Assembly (NCBI GenBank): GCA_012026655.1
Contig: JAAILG010000074.1
Location: 62,001 to 126,000, forward strand
Length of the DNA: 64,000 nt
From: Hydrolagus affinis
Taxonomy: Eukaryota
Reading direction: 5' to 3'
The translations under genes and the position numbers were made by a program. Shown in pieces: positions 51,128 through 64,000 of the stretch (within the stretch, counting starts at the first letter, position 1; each line of letters begins with the position of its first letter). The notes beneath the pieces were generated by a model. That model saw only the letters and a list, made by a program, of their open reading frames with translations, was not told the DNA's origin and ran no database searches.

Positions 51128-52671
51128 GATCCTGCTCAGTGGATTTTAAACATGGTCACCTGCTGCCTGAATCATGGTACCTGAGAAAAGACAAGCTAGT
51201 GCCAGTGAAAACTCTAAATTAAATTCGGAAAATTGCTGCTGTGTTCTTGAATGAAACACTGTATTTTGTGTCCTTCCCTCCATCCATTACATTCACAGCT
51301 TGTGTATCACCTTGGTCTGCCATGGCCCCCATCAATTATTAACAGGAATCCAATCTGGGTTTCGGGCACTTTTACGGCCATTGGCAAGGTGGGTTCAGGC
51401 TTCCTGAACAATTTTCCTACATTCTGACAGAGAGTAGCCTATTGTTTGCTTCATCCACAGCCTGGCAAGTCACCAACAAAAAGTGGCTCTTGAAAGACGG
51501 CCAAGTTGCAATCTCATCATCAAGCCTAATATTTACAACTGGAATCTCGTACTGCTATTTGATTGTGCATTTTTATATATATATTTCCAGATACAAAACT
51601 CTTCAAAAATATTTTATCCTCAAAACAAGCATTAGACTTTTGTTTCCACTGGCAGGGTATTATCACCAACATACTTGAAACTCAACACTCTTCGTATAGA
51701 TGAATTTCTGGTTTCGTAATCAAACAATCTTAAAAATCGTGCCTTTTAATATTCCCTCCTATGAAATATTAAAACTTTGTGCTTACATTATTAATTTTCA
51801 AAGTAATTTGTTCGCAAATAGGCTTAGCACAAATTAAATATGCCATCAATGCAGCAGAAAAGGTCCTTTGGACTGCTTGTGCCTGGTCCTTACCTCTCGC
51901 TCTTGAGCTGTAATTGTACTGCTACCATCTAGTGGCTATACAGAATGATAACAACGCAAGTTGTAAACTGGCAAGTGAATGGAGCGAAAAGGCTAAACTG
52001 AGAATGCTGGATGGCACCATCAGTGAATCGAGTGAGCATCTGAAAACGTAAGATAGGTTACGTTTTGGCTGCAACCTTCATCAGAACACAAATTAGCCGC
52101 ACAGTTCCAGGCAGATTACCCTCAGTCTTCAGATGCCACCAGTTCATTTTGGAAAATGACACGTTTTGTTTCCCTCCAATTAAGCAATAATCGTGACTCC
52201 GAATCAGTGTTCAGCCACTCAGGAAGCAAATTGCCACTCAAGAACTCCATAATGAATAAAAATAAATGATAATATAATTAGGTTATTTAGAACTTCGCAA
52301 TCATTTGATATCTACAAACACAAAGTTCTGTTGCTAAGATCTTAAGGAATTCTGATTTGAGATGCAACTGTTCCTGATCGACTGCCTTTAAAAAGCAGCT
52401 GCCCTCTCATTCAAATGAATAAAGATAACAACATTCTCTGAACTGAATGGAATAATATTGTACTTCACATTTTACTTTGATTGATTGCAGGTTCTGCAGC
52501 TGGATTTGTTTGTGCGTATGTACAAGTTTTCACTTACTAAAGGTGGAATTCATCCCCCAGTGACTGAGAATACTCTGACTATTACAACAACAACTTGTAT
52601 TTATATGTAGCCTTTCACATTGAACAGCTTGAACAAAACTGATTCCATTGTAATAATATGATGTATGTACA

Positions 52672-52960
52672 GTGGAGTCCTGTAGCTCAGTGGTTAGAGC
52701 ACTAGCCTTACAAGCGAGAAACCTGGGTTCAATTCCAGACAGGGCAAAACCTTGGGCAAGTTTCGTTATTCCACACGCCTGATAATAATCCCTAAAAAGA
52801 AAACAATAATAAATGGGTCATTTAAATCCACGACTGTTTGTGGGACACTGCTTTGCATAATTGGTTGCCACGTTTTGCCCATAAAAAAAGACAATTCACT
52901 TTGCAGTATATTCTGTGAAGCGCTTTGAAACATATATCAAATGTAAGGATTATTATTATA
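52672..52960 (+). mobile_element. tRNA-headed SINE, full length, short variant
   Basis: A box TAGCTCAGTGG, B box GGTTCAATTCC, body and tail. Confidence 0.93.
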
Positions 52961-53019
52961 AGGAATCGGGTTCTCAGTGGACACATCAATATAGTGGATG
53001 GGCCCATATCTTATTAGCA

Positions 53020-53150
53020 GAGGATCACGAGGGAGGAAGAACTCTGGAGTGGAATTCCAGAGAGCATGAGCAGAATAGGTGAAGGCTCACTCAATGGTGG
53101 AGTAGGCAACATGGGCATGTAGCAGGCAGATGTCAATTGAATAGCGGGAG
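53020..53150 (-). mobile_element. Old L2 fragment
   Basis: GGAATTCCAGAG...TGAAGGCTCAC..AATGGTGGAG similar to 45260-45320. Confidence 0.55.
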
Positions 53151-53184
53151 CGGCAGAGTTGCAGATGACAGATACCCAGGAATT

Positions 53185-53355
53185 TTTGTTTACCCAGAGA
53201 GTAATCAAGGACTAAAAGAGTTGCCAGGAAAGGTAGTAGAGGCCAGAATACAAGACTCATTTAAAAAGCAGCTTGATGCAGTGATGGGGGACATCCGGTT
53301 AAGTATATTAGCAATCTGGTCCAAAGGGCCTTCTTCATTCAGGCCAATCATGTGA
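53185..53355 (+). mobile_element. CR1 LINE 3' fragment
   Basis: LPGKVVEARIQDSFKKQLDAVM, a typical CR1 ORF2 C-terminus, then a CR1-like 3' UTR. Confidence 0.75.
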
Positions 53356-56284
53356 GCTTGTGGTCACAAATCCTCAAACATGAGGATTTAATCTCGAGTT
53401 CATTACATGGGGAATGGGGTGGCAGTGAAGCCCAGCAACGATGGAGGGAGGTCTGAGCTCACAGAGCCAAGTGTCGGAGAGTTCTGGTTAGATAGAAAAT
53501 CAGGGGAAAGTGTAATAACAGGTAAAAAAAAATACAGTAGTAACAGAAACAAAAAAAGAGAAAACTGAACATAATAGATTCATGAATGGATGGGTACAGA
53601 CACTTTTAGTTTAATCAATTATCTCAACATTTGAGATAGAACAATGCAATTTATAATGCCTTTCACATCAAGAAGATGTTGCAAAGTGCATTCACACAGC
53701 TGCGTCAATGTAACATTCTTGTTGAGATTTTAAGAAATATTGAGCACCTTTATTACAGAGATATTACAGATTGTTTTCATGTTTCCTGTATTCCTGCATT
53801 GTAGTGCACAAGCTGAAAACAGAGAAATAGCTGGGGCCCAGGAATGAGAGTGTGGGGAAAGATTCTGGCACTCTAAAGGTTAACACCTGAATATACTCAA
53901 CACATTGCAGGCAAGAAAGATATCACCCACAAAATGAATGCAGCATGTTTGTAGTTAATTACTGGGAGTGAGAAGCAAAATAAAAGAGGAAAAGGAAACC
54001 AATCCCAGAGAGAATCAAAGAGGTCAGAAATTTCGATGGCAGTCGATTTACCGTGCTAAATTGCACCTCACTGGAAGCTACTTCCTTGAACATGGTGGTG
54101 AGCACAAAGTGCTTCACAGCATATACTATAAACTGCAGTGACTATATTTTGTAGGTATTCATATTTATTACACATAGACTGATTTATCAACTAAGGGAAT
54201 GCAATACGTGATTAAATTAAGTGGCTCAATTACATCTTCCTAACCGAAAGATGGGACGATGCCTTTCTCACAGAAGCAGTAAATAAATTGACAAGGAAGC
54301 TGTCCCTTGAGCTTCATCACATTCAGCTGGAGGATGGGTCCAGCAAGCTGGTGGAGTTCAGCAAAAAGAATAAAACAATTTGAAGGCAAACTCTTGTACA
54401 TGAAACCAGCAACTAAATTAGGAGAAACTGATTGAGGCCACTAAAATGTCCTTAACTGACAAAAAGATCAGCAAGCAATGAAGCTGAGACAAGTACCCAG
54501 GAGACACCCACAAACTTCAATTTATCATTGCCTCATCATACCTATTGTCTCTTTCTATAACCTTCTTTTGCAAGGCATTCACCTGCCAATGTGTTGCAAA
54601 AGAAGGTTATACAAGTGCCACAGGATTGAAATGAAAACCAAATTACAGCAGCTGAAGCAGTGATAATCCCTTAGGAGCTATCAAGCTTTCAGAACAATTG
54701 AACAATTGATATACAATTTTTTTGTTGATAAAAACCTTTAAAAGCATTGGTGAATGATTGGAAAATGAGATATGGCTACTCAGAGCCATTCCTGTTAAGC
54801 GTGCACGAGAAGTACTTGGTAGGAATCACACCTCAAAAACATCACTGCAGTTGTGCCTATTCTTTGACGTCAGTATTCTATCACATTGTTGATAGATTTA
54901 ATATTCGATGTAGATTTAAAACATTTATAGATTCTTGTGCAGGTTGTGTGGCCAGCCTATACAGTGGAATCAACTGAAGGGAATTCACTAAAGTAGAGCC
55001 AGTATAATAAGTGTTCCGTAACAAACAGTTCCCTTAGTAACTGGAAACTGGAAAAATTGCATTGTGAAATGGGAACTGCATTGGGTCCGTTTAAGTGTTT
55101 CTTTCCCTCTGTCCCTTTTGCAGCCTTCCACATCTGGATTGTATTTGCTAGCATACAAGAAGCCATTGGCAAAGGTGCTCTTGGTGGTACTGGGACCATG
55201 TATTATCTCTTCACATCACAGCAAACTAATCAGAAAAAATCATTAGTGTTTCATCCAAACGCACGGCTGGATGACAAAAAATAATGGATAGGGTTCACAC
55301 TCAGGGAAGTTTACCCAGTGCAGAGATCTGACCCAAATCTCATGTTTTACTGCCTTTGATGAATGGAATCCAGAAATTAGATAGTGTTACTACTTGGGGC
55401 TAGGGAACACCCAAAAATATTACATATAACATCAACTGGCAAACAGTAGCAGTAAGGTTCAGGAAAATAGCAGACAACTTCATTGAGTTAAGGATTTTGA
55501 AAAGGTAGTGCAATAAACAATAGGGAAATTTGCAGGAAGTCTATTCAGTGAGAAAAAAACACTTTCTCAACAAATATATTCAGTAAGAAAAGCAAATAAC
55601 CAAGAAAAAGAGGCATTTGCCAAAATGGATATGTAGGTTAATTAAAATGGGAATAAATAGGAAAAACAAATTATACAAAGTCTATAGGGGGAAAGGAAGA
55701 GAAGCTTGAAGGATTGTAGGAATTTGAAGATAAAAGTGATATTAGAAGTGCCAAGAGGAACTCGGTGGATGAATATCTCTAAAAATAAAGAGAATTCTTA
55801 AAAAAAAAACACAGCTCCAGTATCTAAAAGTAAAATAGTAGCTAGAACTCTTAAAAGATGAAAGTGTCTGGGAAGTTAAATAAGACAAAAAGTTAAATAA
55901 AACATTAAATGAATGGGCTTTGGAAGTATTCACTGGAGGACCATACTAGCTTGCCAGTTCAATTTCTGTGGTGCACCTACAATCCTGGAGGATTTTGAAG
56001 TCAGTGTGGCGGAGATGCATGATAAGCTAAGGGAATTTAAAATCAGCAAACTCAAAATAAAAGATTTACAAATACGTTGATAATGGAACACATCTTTTGA
56101 GAATTTTCACAGTTCACAACCAGCAATTGTTTCTATTGCAGCGGTTGAACACCCTGGATAACTTAGCTTAACCACATGCACAAAGCTTTCTCTCCCCTCA
56201 CCCCCACCACCCACCCAATCAGTATTCAGGTCCTTGTGATGATGATTCAGCAAAGCTGAAAGGACAGCTCTATCTAACACTGAG

Positions 56285-56364
56285 CTTTTTAGCTGAAAAA
56301 CGGATCAGTTCCCACATTGAGCTGAGTTAACTGATCTCACTTAAGTCAAGTCAAAGGTGTTATA
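56285..56364 (+). mobile_element. LF-SINE-like relic, 5' part (split by CR1)
   Basis: GCTGAGTTAACTGATCTCA matches LF-SINE GCTGAGTTAGCTGATCTCA as recalled. Confidence 0.6.
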
Positions 56365-57000
56365 GACTCATAGAATTTTTCAGCACAAAAGGAGGCCATT
56401 TGGCCCATCAAGTCTGTACCAGCTCTTTGAAAAGAACTATTCAAAGTCAATTCCACTCCCCGCTCTCTGCCCATAACCCCACAAACCTGTCCTACTCAAA
56501 TAACCATCCACCTCTCTTTTAAAAGTTGTTATCGAATCAGTCTCCACCACCCTTTCAGGCAATGCATTCCAGATTCGAACAACTCGTTGCACAAAACAAA
56601 TTATCTTCACCTCCTTCTGCTTCTTATGGAAGCTATTTTAAATCTGCGGTATCGAGTCACTGACACACCCACCAATGGAAACAATTTTTCCCTGTTTACC
56701 CTATCGAATCCCCTCATCATTTTGAAAACCTCTATTAGGTCTCCTCGTAACCTTCTCTGCTCCAATAAAAATAATCTTAGCTTCTCTAGTCTTTTCTCAT
56801 AACCAAAGTCCCTCATTCCTGGTACCGTCCTGGTAAATCTCCTCTGCACCCTTTCCAATGCATTAACATCTTTCCTAAAATGTGGTGCCCGGAAATGAAC
56901 ACAGTACTCTAGCTGAGGCCTAACCAGCATTTTATACAGGTTAATCATAATTTTCTGACTTCTGTACTCCAAGCCCCTATTTATAAAGCCTAGTATCCTT
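56365..57000 (-). mobile_element. CR1 LINE, 5'-truncated (ORF2 C-terminus and 3' UTR)
   Basis: LYKMLVRPQLEYCVHFRAPHFRKDVNALERVQRRFTRTVPGM...LEQRRLRGDLIEVFKMMRG; 3' end ATTCTATGA on the minus strand. Confidence 0.95.
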
Positions 57001-57011
57001 GTAGCCTAGTA

Positions 57012-57265
57012 TTATAATTGGGATCAAAAAGCTCAGCCTTGGATGTTGGGAGAGTTAGCAAAAGAATCAGTTAGAGTTCCTGCTCCTTATTTTTGTTGAG
57101 TGATCAGTGACAAGGAGTGAACCAGTGATCAGCGGTGGAACATGTAGGCAGATGATTCAATCGTGCTCATGATGTCCACCATCTTTCAGTAACTAAAAGA
57201 TCTTTTGTGTGGTCAGAAACCTCAGTAGCCTCTTTGGCAACGTGTCAGGAGAAGAGAGAAAAGGT
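57012..57265 (+). mobile_element. LF-SINE-like relic, 3' part
   Basis: AATTGG, AATCAGTTAGAGTTCCTGCTCCT, CAGTGAC and TCAGGAGAAGAGAGAAAA end in consensus order. Confidence 0.6.
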
Positions 57266-57604
57266 AAGTGAGGATGACTTCACACTAACACAAGTGCAAT
57301 GACAAAAAGACTGTAAAGGTTGCTGTGATCTATCAAACTGTTCAGCCAGCATCAACAAGCGAAACACACGAGCATGACTGCAGTGCCAGAGGTGGAGCAT
57401 AAGAACATCATCAATGAGGGAGTAACAACCATTCTCCCACTATGGAGCTTTCAAACCCTCTGTTCAAACCCTGGTATCCAGGCCTTGTTGAATACTGAAA
57501 AAACAGGCTAAATCGTAAAGTGCTTTTGTGGTAGACTGCTTAAGCTTTGATTTCAACTTGATTTAATCAATAACAGTTTATCTATGTGTCTTAATATTCA
57601 TGTT

Positions 57605-57702
57605 TATCGCCAACAAATATACAGTCAATTAATTTTACAGTATATTCTTTGAGTCGTCTAGAAGATGTGAAAAGCACCATATCAAATGCAAGGATTATTA
57701 AT
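57605..57702 (+). mobile_element. SINE 3' fragment
   Basis: ACAAATATACAGTCAATT...TTACAGTATATTCT...AAATGCAAGGATTATT. Confidence 0.8.
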
Positions 57703-58499
57703 ATATTTAAGTCAACACATTAATTAGAACTATTCATGTTTGCAGAAATCTGTATATAAATTCCTTTATCGGTGCTCTTATACATGACGATAGAATGATT
57801 TGTGTTTGCCTTTAGTAGACTTGGGTCTTGAATGCAAGCCGTAGTTATGGTATGTCCCAACAGGATTGCAGTCTCATTCAGTCCTATTATGTGTGAGTGG
57901 TAGGTTATTGCTGTTTTCAAATATTTAATGTTTTGCAGGCTATTCTTAATATTAAGAAAACTGTCAATAGCAATCATATTCAATATTAACTTTACAACAG
58001 TTATTTGCTGTCACCATCATCTGGGTTAAATTGTCGTATTTAACCCCCTCAAAAAAATTTAAATTAAATGCTTTAAATGTCTCCTATCTATTACATGAAT
58101 TTATTGTCATAACTCAGTATTGAAATTTAAGGCAATCAAATTACTGTATGTAGCAGGTAGGTGTAGATACTGTATACTAATTCATATAAAAACAGCCCTG
58201 CATGGTAAATAATCAAGGGTGGAAATCAATCTGAACCAACTTGTCGCAGTTTTCTGATTGTGATGCCTTGTTTAATTGAGTCAGTCGGGAAATACACAAA
58301 GGAACTATTATTTCACTGCAATATCAGGCCAGGCTCTAGAATTTATACAAAGTCCTAGTTACGTGTTCGTATATAAATGCAAGGTGGCAGCAGGAGTTTG
58401 GTTAGCTTCTGGATGTAACTTTAGTGTCTTAAGTTTCAAGTTTTAATTAAGTGTGATAAGGCACTATATCAAATGCAAGAATTGTTATTATTATTCAAA

Positions 58500-58537
58500 T
58501 TCTTCAAAGTCAAATCTGACTTCTTCAAAGTCAAATC
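58500..58537. repeat. 17-bp direct repeat TTCTTCAAAGTCAAATC with 4-bp spacer
   Basis: Direct reading. Confidence 0.85.
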
Positions 58538-61500
58538 CAATTCCATCACAATATATATGGGAAAGCAGGCAAGTCTAAGTTTGTAAAAAAAAACTAACTT
58601 TACTTTGATTTTAGAGGTTATTTTGTTGTTTTTATTTTGTTATAAAAACTGACTTATGTAACATGAGTAACATTTGCATTTTTACAGAACAACAGACATC
58701 TTGTAGTTGACAATTTAGAGAAGTTTTTGTTATAATACAATGCCTTTTTGTATCTCAAACAACAAATAGATAATGCATTAAAAACCTGAAAATGTTTCCT
58801 TCAAAAGACATATCAGAATAATTGATTCTAACAGATTACAGTATTCTTAGGTCCAAAAGCAAAACCTCGGACACGATGGAGACTTACAATCCAACAAAAT
58901 TTCAGAAAACAAAACATTAGCTGTAGAAACGATCATTTATTTTTTCCCAAAGAATGAAAGCAAATTTGTTCGTGAATCTCACCATTTAATTTGTATCCCT
59001 TATTACTGCAACATCTTGTGAATACTATATCATAAAAAAGGGAATATTCTTCTGAAATTATGTTTTTTTTTAAAAATGCAACAAAAAAGGAAACAAGCTA
59101 TGAAATACCCAAGAGAGTTTGATACTGGCAGCTAGTGTAAAAAAAAGTCCAAAGCATCCTATTTTTCCACAAGGATATCCATCAACTCGAAAGCATAATA
59201 AACGATCAAGCAATATACATGCTAAAAACTGAAATACATATAGTCATCAACCAGCTCGTGAAAGAACCCTCAAGCACAAAGATCCCATAAATGTGAATGA
59301 GGTTTGATGCCAGATAAGCAACCATATTTGTGCTGATCATCTAGGCATTGGAAAATTACTTACACTTTGACAATTAAATCCTTCATATTGCAAAATATAT
59401 TATCTCATTCTGTAAAGATACAAACTGTTCAATGTTCATGAAGTCGCTTCAGGACTTTGGGAGGGTGTACATGGCCATGAACTAGCAAACCTGTTTTATA
59501 ATCAGCTTCAACATCCACAGAATTGTCTTGTTTGAGTTGTCAGGTGCAGATGAGATGGTGGAGCTGAGAGGAGGGAAAGGACACACCAGGAGTTCCAACA
59601 TGAAACAAATCCTCAATACCCTATAACTGATGCTCAAGAAGCAGGATTGGCAGAGGTGGTTTGTTATTCCTACATGCTCAGCTGCAAAATCCAACTGTCT
59701 GGGACTAAGCTTATGCTTGAGATGACATAGAATGATTGTATTATTATGCACTAAAATCAAAACTAACTTCCATTTTGGCTTGCTCTTTTTTTGCAATTAC
59801 TGGAGAAACATACCTGCTGGATTGACCAATGAAACAAATAAAACTGTTACTTGAAAGACACTCCTTGGCATTGGAGGACCCACTGATGCCTGTGATTAGA
59901 TGTCCTCAGCTGGAGTCTTAAATGAGCCAGTAGCATGGTGTGTAAGCAAGCCCCAGTAATTACCTTTGCTGCTAACAGGATAAGCATGATTGGTCACAAC
60001 CTGATAGTCTAAATTCCTTTGAACTCTTAACACAGATTCTAAATTACCTGCTTATCTAATCGATATACAAGGTAGACATGTGTGGTTTAAAGAAGCAACA
60101 TGATTATCCTTTACATCTGCAGTAAAGGATATGCTTTTCCCGTTCTTTAGTCTTCCATAACTATTACTTTCGGAGAATGAAGCACATCCCATTCAAGTTA
60201 AGATCAATACATCATAAATTTGGGATCACACATGTTTGGTGAAACCTGTTCTAAATAACAACAATTTCTCTCAACTTGCCAATAACATTTTTATTTGAAG
60301 TGCAAATAACACCACTCATAACATTTATACCACATTCACCAGCTGCTAAAATGGGGCAATTAAAGCACCAGTACAGCAAGCATGAACTGGAGTTACAATA
60401 TAGACAAAAATCCACTTGAGAACAGTGCTGGAAAACAAATGTACGAATACATTTAAATGATGAAATAGCACCCATTGACACTGACTAGATCTGAAAGGCC
60501 TTTAGCAGAATGGTGCTAAGAAAATAATTTGAAAGTCATTTTGTCTTGTTCTTTCCATGGTTGATTGTGTAGCTGATTTTCTTCTGCAGTTGACTGATTT
60601 AGATCATCCCAAGAGATTGAGATCAACATTCTAAATCACAGATTAATCAGAGATGGTTAGTTTAAGCAAAATGTTTTTTTTGTAAAATACAGTAAGGGCA
60701 CTATGTGCAGCAGAAGAAGCAAAATGTTGTTTGGTGATCTTTCAACTACAACTGTCAAGGAAGTCTTGACAGAATTTGCCTAGGGTTAAACATGTTAATT
60801 GTGATCCATCTGACTATTAATTAAACTTAATAAAGAAGTTCACTTTTCTGATGCAACAATTTAAAATTTATGCAGAATCCCTCCGTAAAACGTTTTTTAA
60901 AATCCAATGTTGCCTTTCCAATGTAGGCACAGTAATCTTACTTTCCTTAATAAGTATTCAATTTAAGGCATTTTAAGTGCACCAAATTCCCCCAAATATT
61001 GTGCAGTACAAATTATACAAATTAAGGCGCTTCTCAGTTGCCATCTTGATCTGACAAATAGGTGGCAAATAATGCAAATGAATGTATGAATATTAAAAGC
61101 CTGTTGATGGTGTACAGTTACAAAAATGGCAGTTCATTTTATTACACTACACAATTGTTATATTTAATGATTCAACATTAGCAGCATGCACTAAAAATGC
61201 ATTTTAAAGGGTTAAATGTCATATCTGTGGCAAATCATTTTGGCTTGCTCACCAGTTACTTGATAAAGCGACAGAAATGCCATGATGAAAACATGTCATT
61301 ACATGGCATCAACCATCAATCCGCACCATTGTTAATAAAAACAAGTACAATGTTCATCTCCTTTTCCTCCCTCCGGATTGTCAAATATTAACCTTAAGAT
61401 TGATTTGAAAGTCCAATATTTCAGACGCTTGACAATTTCTAATGTGAAATGTTAAACTCAGGCATTTGAAAAGGCACTGCTGTCTCGTCATCATACTGAT

Positions 61501-62697
61501 ACAGGAATAATGTCTTATTAGATGCTTTTGATAAACAAAATTATCTGAGCCTTGATTCATGGCAGTACTTTGATGAACTGCCATAAAGGCATTATATAAT
61601 AGATAACATTTAATTAAAATGCCAAGTTACTAAAACAATTGAATTCAGCATGAAATCATTCATTCATTATATAATGACAGATTTGCTTCTTTCACAGAAT
61701 TTATTTTTCTACTTTAAAGGTACAACCTCTTAGTGTATGAGATGTAAAATTGACCTGGGTCTAAATTTAATCTTTGAATTTAGAATTATAGAATTTTCCA
61801 AATTCTGTGAAATACAGCTTTTATTTAGTAAATTGTGATGAATACAGACCTAATTTTGAAGCTGATTTTCTATAATTTTCTGCAGAGAAACAACTTCATA
61901 GTTAAATCATTTATCTGCAGAAAATTACAGAAAATCAGTCAACTGAATCCAAGAATTTGCCCAAGTCTCTGAAATGCTATGTTTATAGAGAAAATCGAGA
62001 CCCGTCTTCCCCCTAAAGATGTGGTTTTGTTTTATAATTTCATTTTACAAACATACACCAATTTTCAATGAATTACAAATTTACAGCTCAAGTGATAACG
62101 TCAAGTTAGTTGATGCTAATTTTATTGATGCAAATCCACCACTGAGAGAGTTCAACCATGAAATGACACATGCATGATGGAGAAGAAAACATATAAGTGT
62201 TAGGAGAGGTTAATAATGGTGGTAGAGGCTTGTGTGGAATATATAATACAGACACAGACTAGTTAGTTAGAACAGTCTTCTTTTGAATTCTACTTTAATT
62301 CATTAGTATAAATATACGGTGAGTTTGCCTGCATCTAGTCATGAAAGCTATTTGGTAGCAAATTAGGTATAATTACATAGAGTTACCACCCAAGCGATAA
62401 CAAACATTTTGGTGGACATGTAGCAATGTAGATTCTCCACTTTCAGAGTTAAACCACAAATGAATATCACTGCTTGACGTAGTATAAAATCACCACCAAT
62501 GAGAGCAAGATACAGTACATAAGAACATGATTATATAAAATTTCTATCATTTTATTTTCTCGCCCCAAAGAATACTTTGCTAACACCAGCAAGCAGGAAC
62601 ACAAAGTTCAAAGCAGTGAGCTAAAATATGCACCATCAATCCAAACCTCCACCCAACACATTGGTAATTGAGGAGGTGGCATATGGATCGAGGTATA

Positions 62698-62765
62698 AAT
62701 AATAATCCTTGCAATCGATATAGTGAGTTATCATGTCTTTGAGACATCTCAAATCGCTTCATACA
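62698..62765 (-). mobile_element. SINE tail fragment
   Basis: AATAATAATCCTTGCA...GAGACATCTCAAATCGCTTCA. Confidence 0.7.
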
Positions 62766-64000
62766 AAATACTTTTATAATCGAAAGGCGAGGAATGTTCA
62801 AGTAAGCTGGATTGCCACAACCTCACTTAGTTTCCAGCTTCAGGGAAAGATTGTTGAGTAAGACATTGGAGATGCATAGACCACAGTGCAATACAGCCTT
62901 TCTCCATAATATGATACATTTGCAAAGCCTTTGCAAATGCAAGACGCCAATGTTTGAAATCCTGCTTTGCATAACTTCAATCTACTCCATTTAGCTGACA
63001 CAATTGCAGATGGCAGACTACTCTACGCTTTGGTTTAGTCAACATAAGGCTGGAATGCCTTCTAAACTGAGCATCGGATAAATGACACTTGGGGTGGCAT
63101 TAAAATTGACTCAACTTGGTAGTTACCTGCACAGAAAGTGATGAATTCACACACAATACAGTAAAGTTTAGGAAACCTTTGGTGGGACAAGTATAGTTTC
63201 TGAAGTGATATCAACTGTAAACTACACGTTTATTGAATCTGTGCGAGAGTCATTGCACCTTCCTGTGAGACAGAATAAGAGTCCAGAAGGCTGAGCCAAC
63301 ATTCAGTGGCATTGTCATCCATGTGCCTCACTTTACAGTCACTCACTGGAGAAATTGATGTGTGGCTCCTTTTGTAAACCACAGCACAACTGGAAACAGA
63401 ATGGGCACAAAGACAACCATCTGAATGCACACTGACAAGGAGCAGATGCACCTCAGAGAATACACCACAGAGAAAGCTTTTCAGACAATACAACAACCAC
63501 TTTTGTTCTGTTGATGGCAAACAGCTAGTTCTTTGATAAGTAAAAGCTTTATCTTCAATTTCTGGCTTCTCCACATTCCATGTTCCAATTCTGCTGTTTT
63601 ACAGCAACTACTGTCAAAATGTAATAAGGCTAACAATAAGATTAATGTCAGCACAGCCATTTTAGACAAACCAATAAGCAGATAGCAATATTACAATGGA
63701 TATGAACATTTTAGATATTGATGAAGTTTTGATTCCGAAATTTAGATCACTGAAATACAGTCCAATGTTCCCAAACCATGAAAACACAATACTATTTACA
63801 TATATAAACCTGGCAGGTGATAATGCTAACTGCGATTGAATCAATTAAATTGCTATTATGTTTTGCTAAATAATACAGGGCAGCAATGTGTCAAGGCTGA
63901 CAAAGAATCTCCGACTTACATAATTTGTCTTTCTAATTCATTCTGGTGTGGACAAGTTTAAAATCAGTAAGCAAGAAGACAGCAGCATTCCTCAAATCCT

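Noticed and set aside
52672-52740. tRNA-like sequence (A and B boxes, Val/Ala-like anticodon arm), also at 3277, 24331, 26438, 46732 and 12134(-)
   Set aside because: No acceptor-stem pairing, the anticodon varies between copies, and each continues into the same SINE body; these are SINE heads, not tRNA genes
55550-56050. Purine-rich stretch resembling decayed CR1 ORF2
   Set aside because: No translatable diagnostic motif found; left uncalled
63230-63669. Minus-strand ORFs, one with a signal-peptide-like start (MAVLTLILLLALLHF)
   Set aside because: No recognisable domain, no supporting exon chain or splice pattern; compatible with chance in AT-rich DNA

Overview
AT-rich, CpG-depleted vertebrate genomic DNA. 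The repeat complement (Deu-type SINEs, degenerate LF-SINE-like copies, CR1 and L2 LINEs) suggests a cartilaginous fish, which is inference only. The window holds one complete protein-coding gene on the + strand: the adhesion GPCR ADGRL4/ELTD1. It has 16 coding exons from 2469 to 40354, all introns are GT-AG with consistent phases, and the hand-assembled CDS is 2253 nt (750 aa). The protein has a signal peptide, three EGF domains, GAIN/GPS, 7TM and a very short Cys-rich tail. The rest is intron and intergenic DNA with many copies of a tRNA-headed SINE, L2 and CR1 fragments, at least five LF-SINE-like relics, a pogo/Tigger-type element and several nested insertions. No second gene could be supported downstream (about 42.7-64 kb). 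I found no convincing novel multi-gene system. The most interesting signals are retroelement junction structures, ancient SINEs that are candidates for exaptation, receptor features (third EGF, latrophilin-type Stachel) and a motif-dense candidate enhancer near 61.0-61.7 kb. Family assignments rest on recalled consensus sequences, not database searches.
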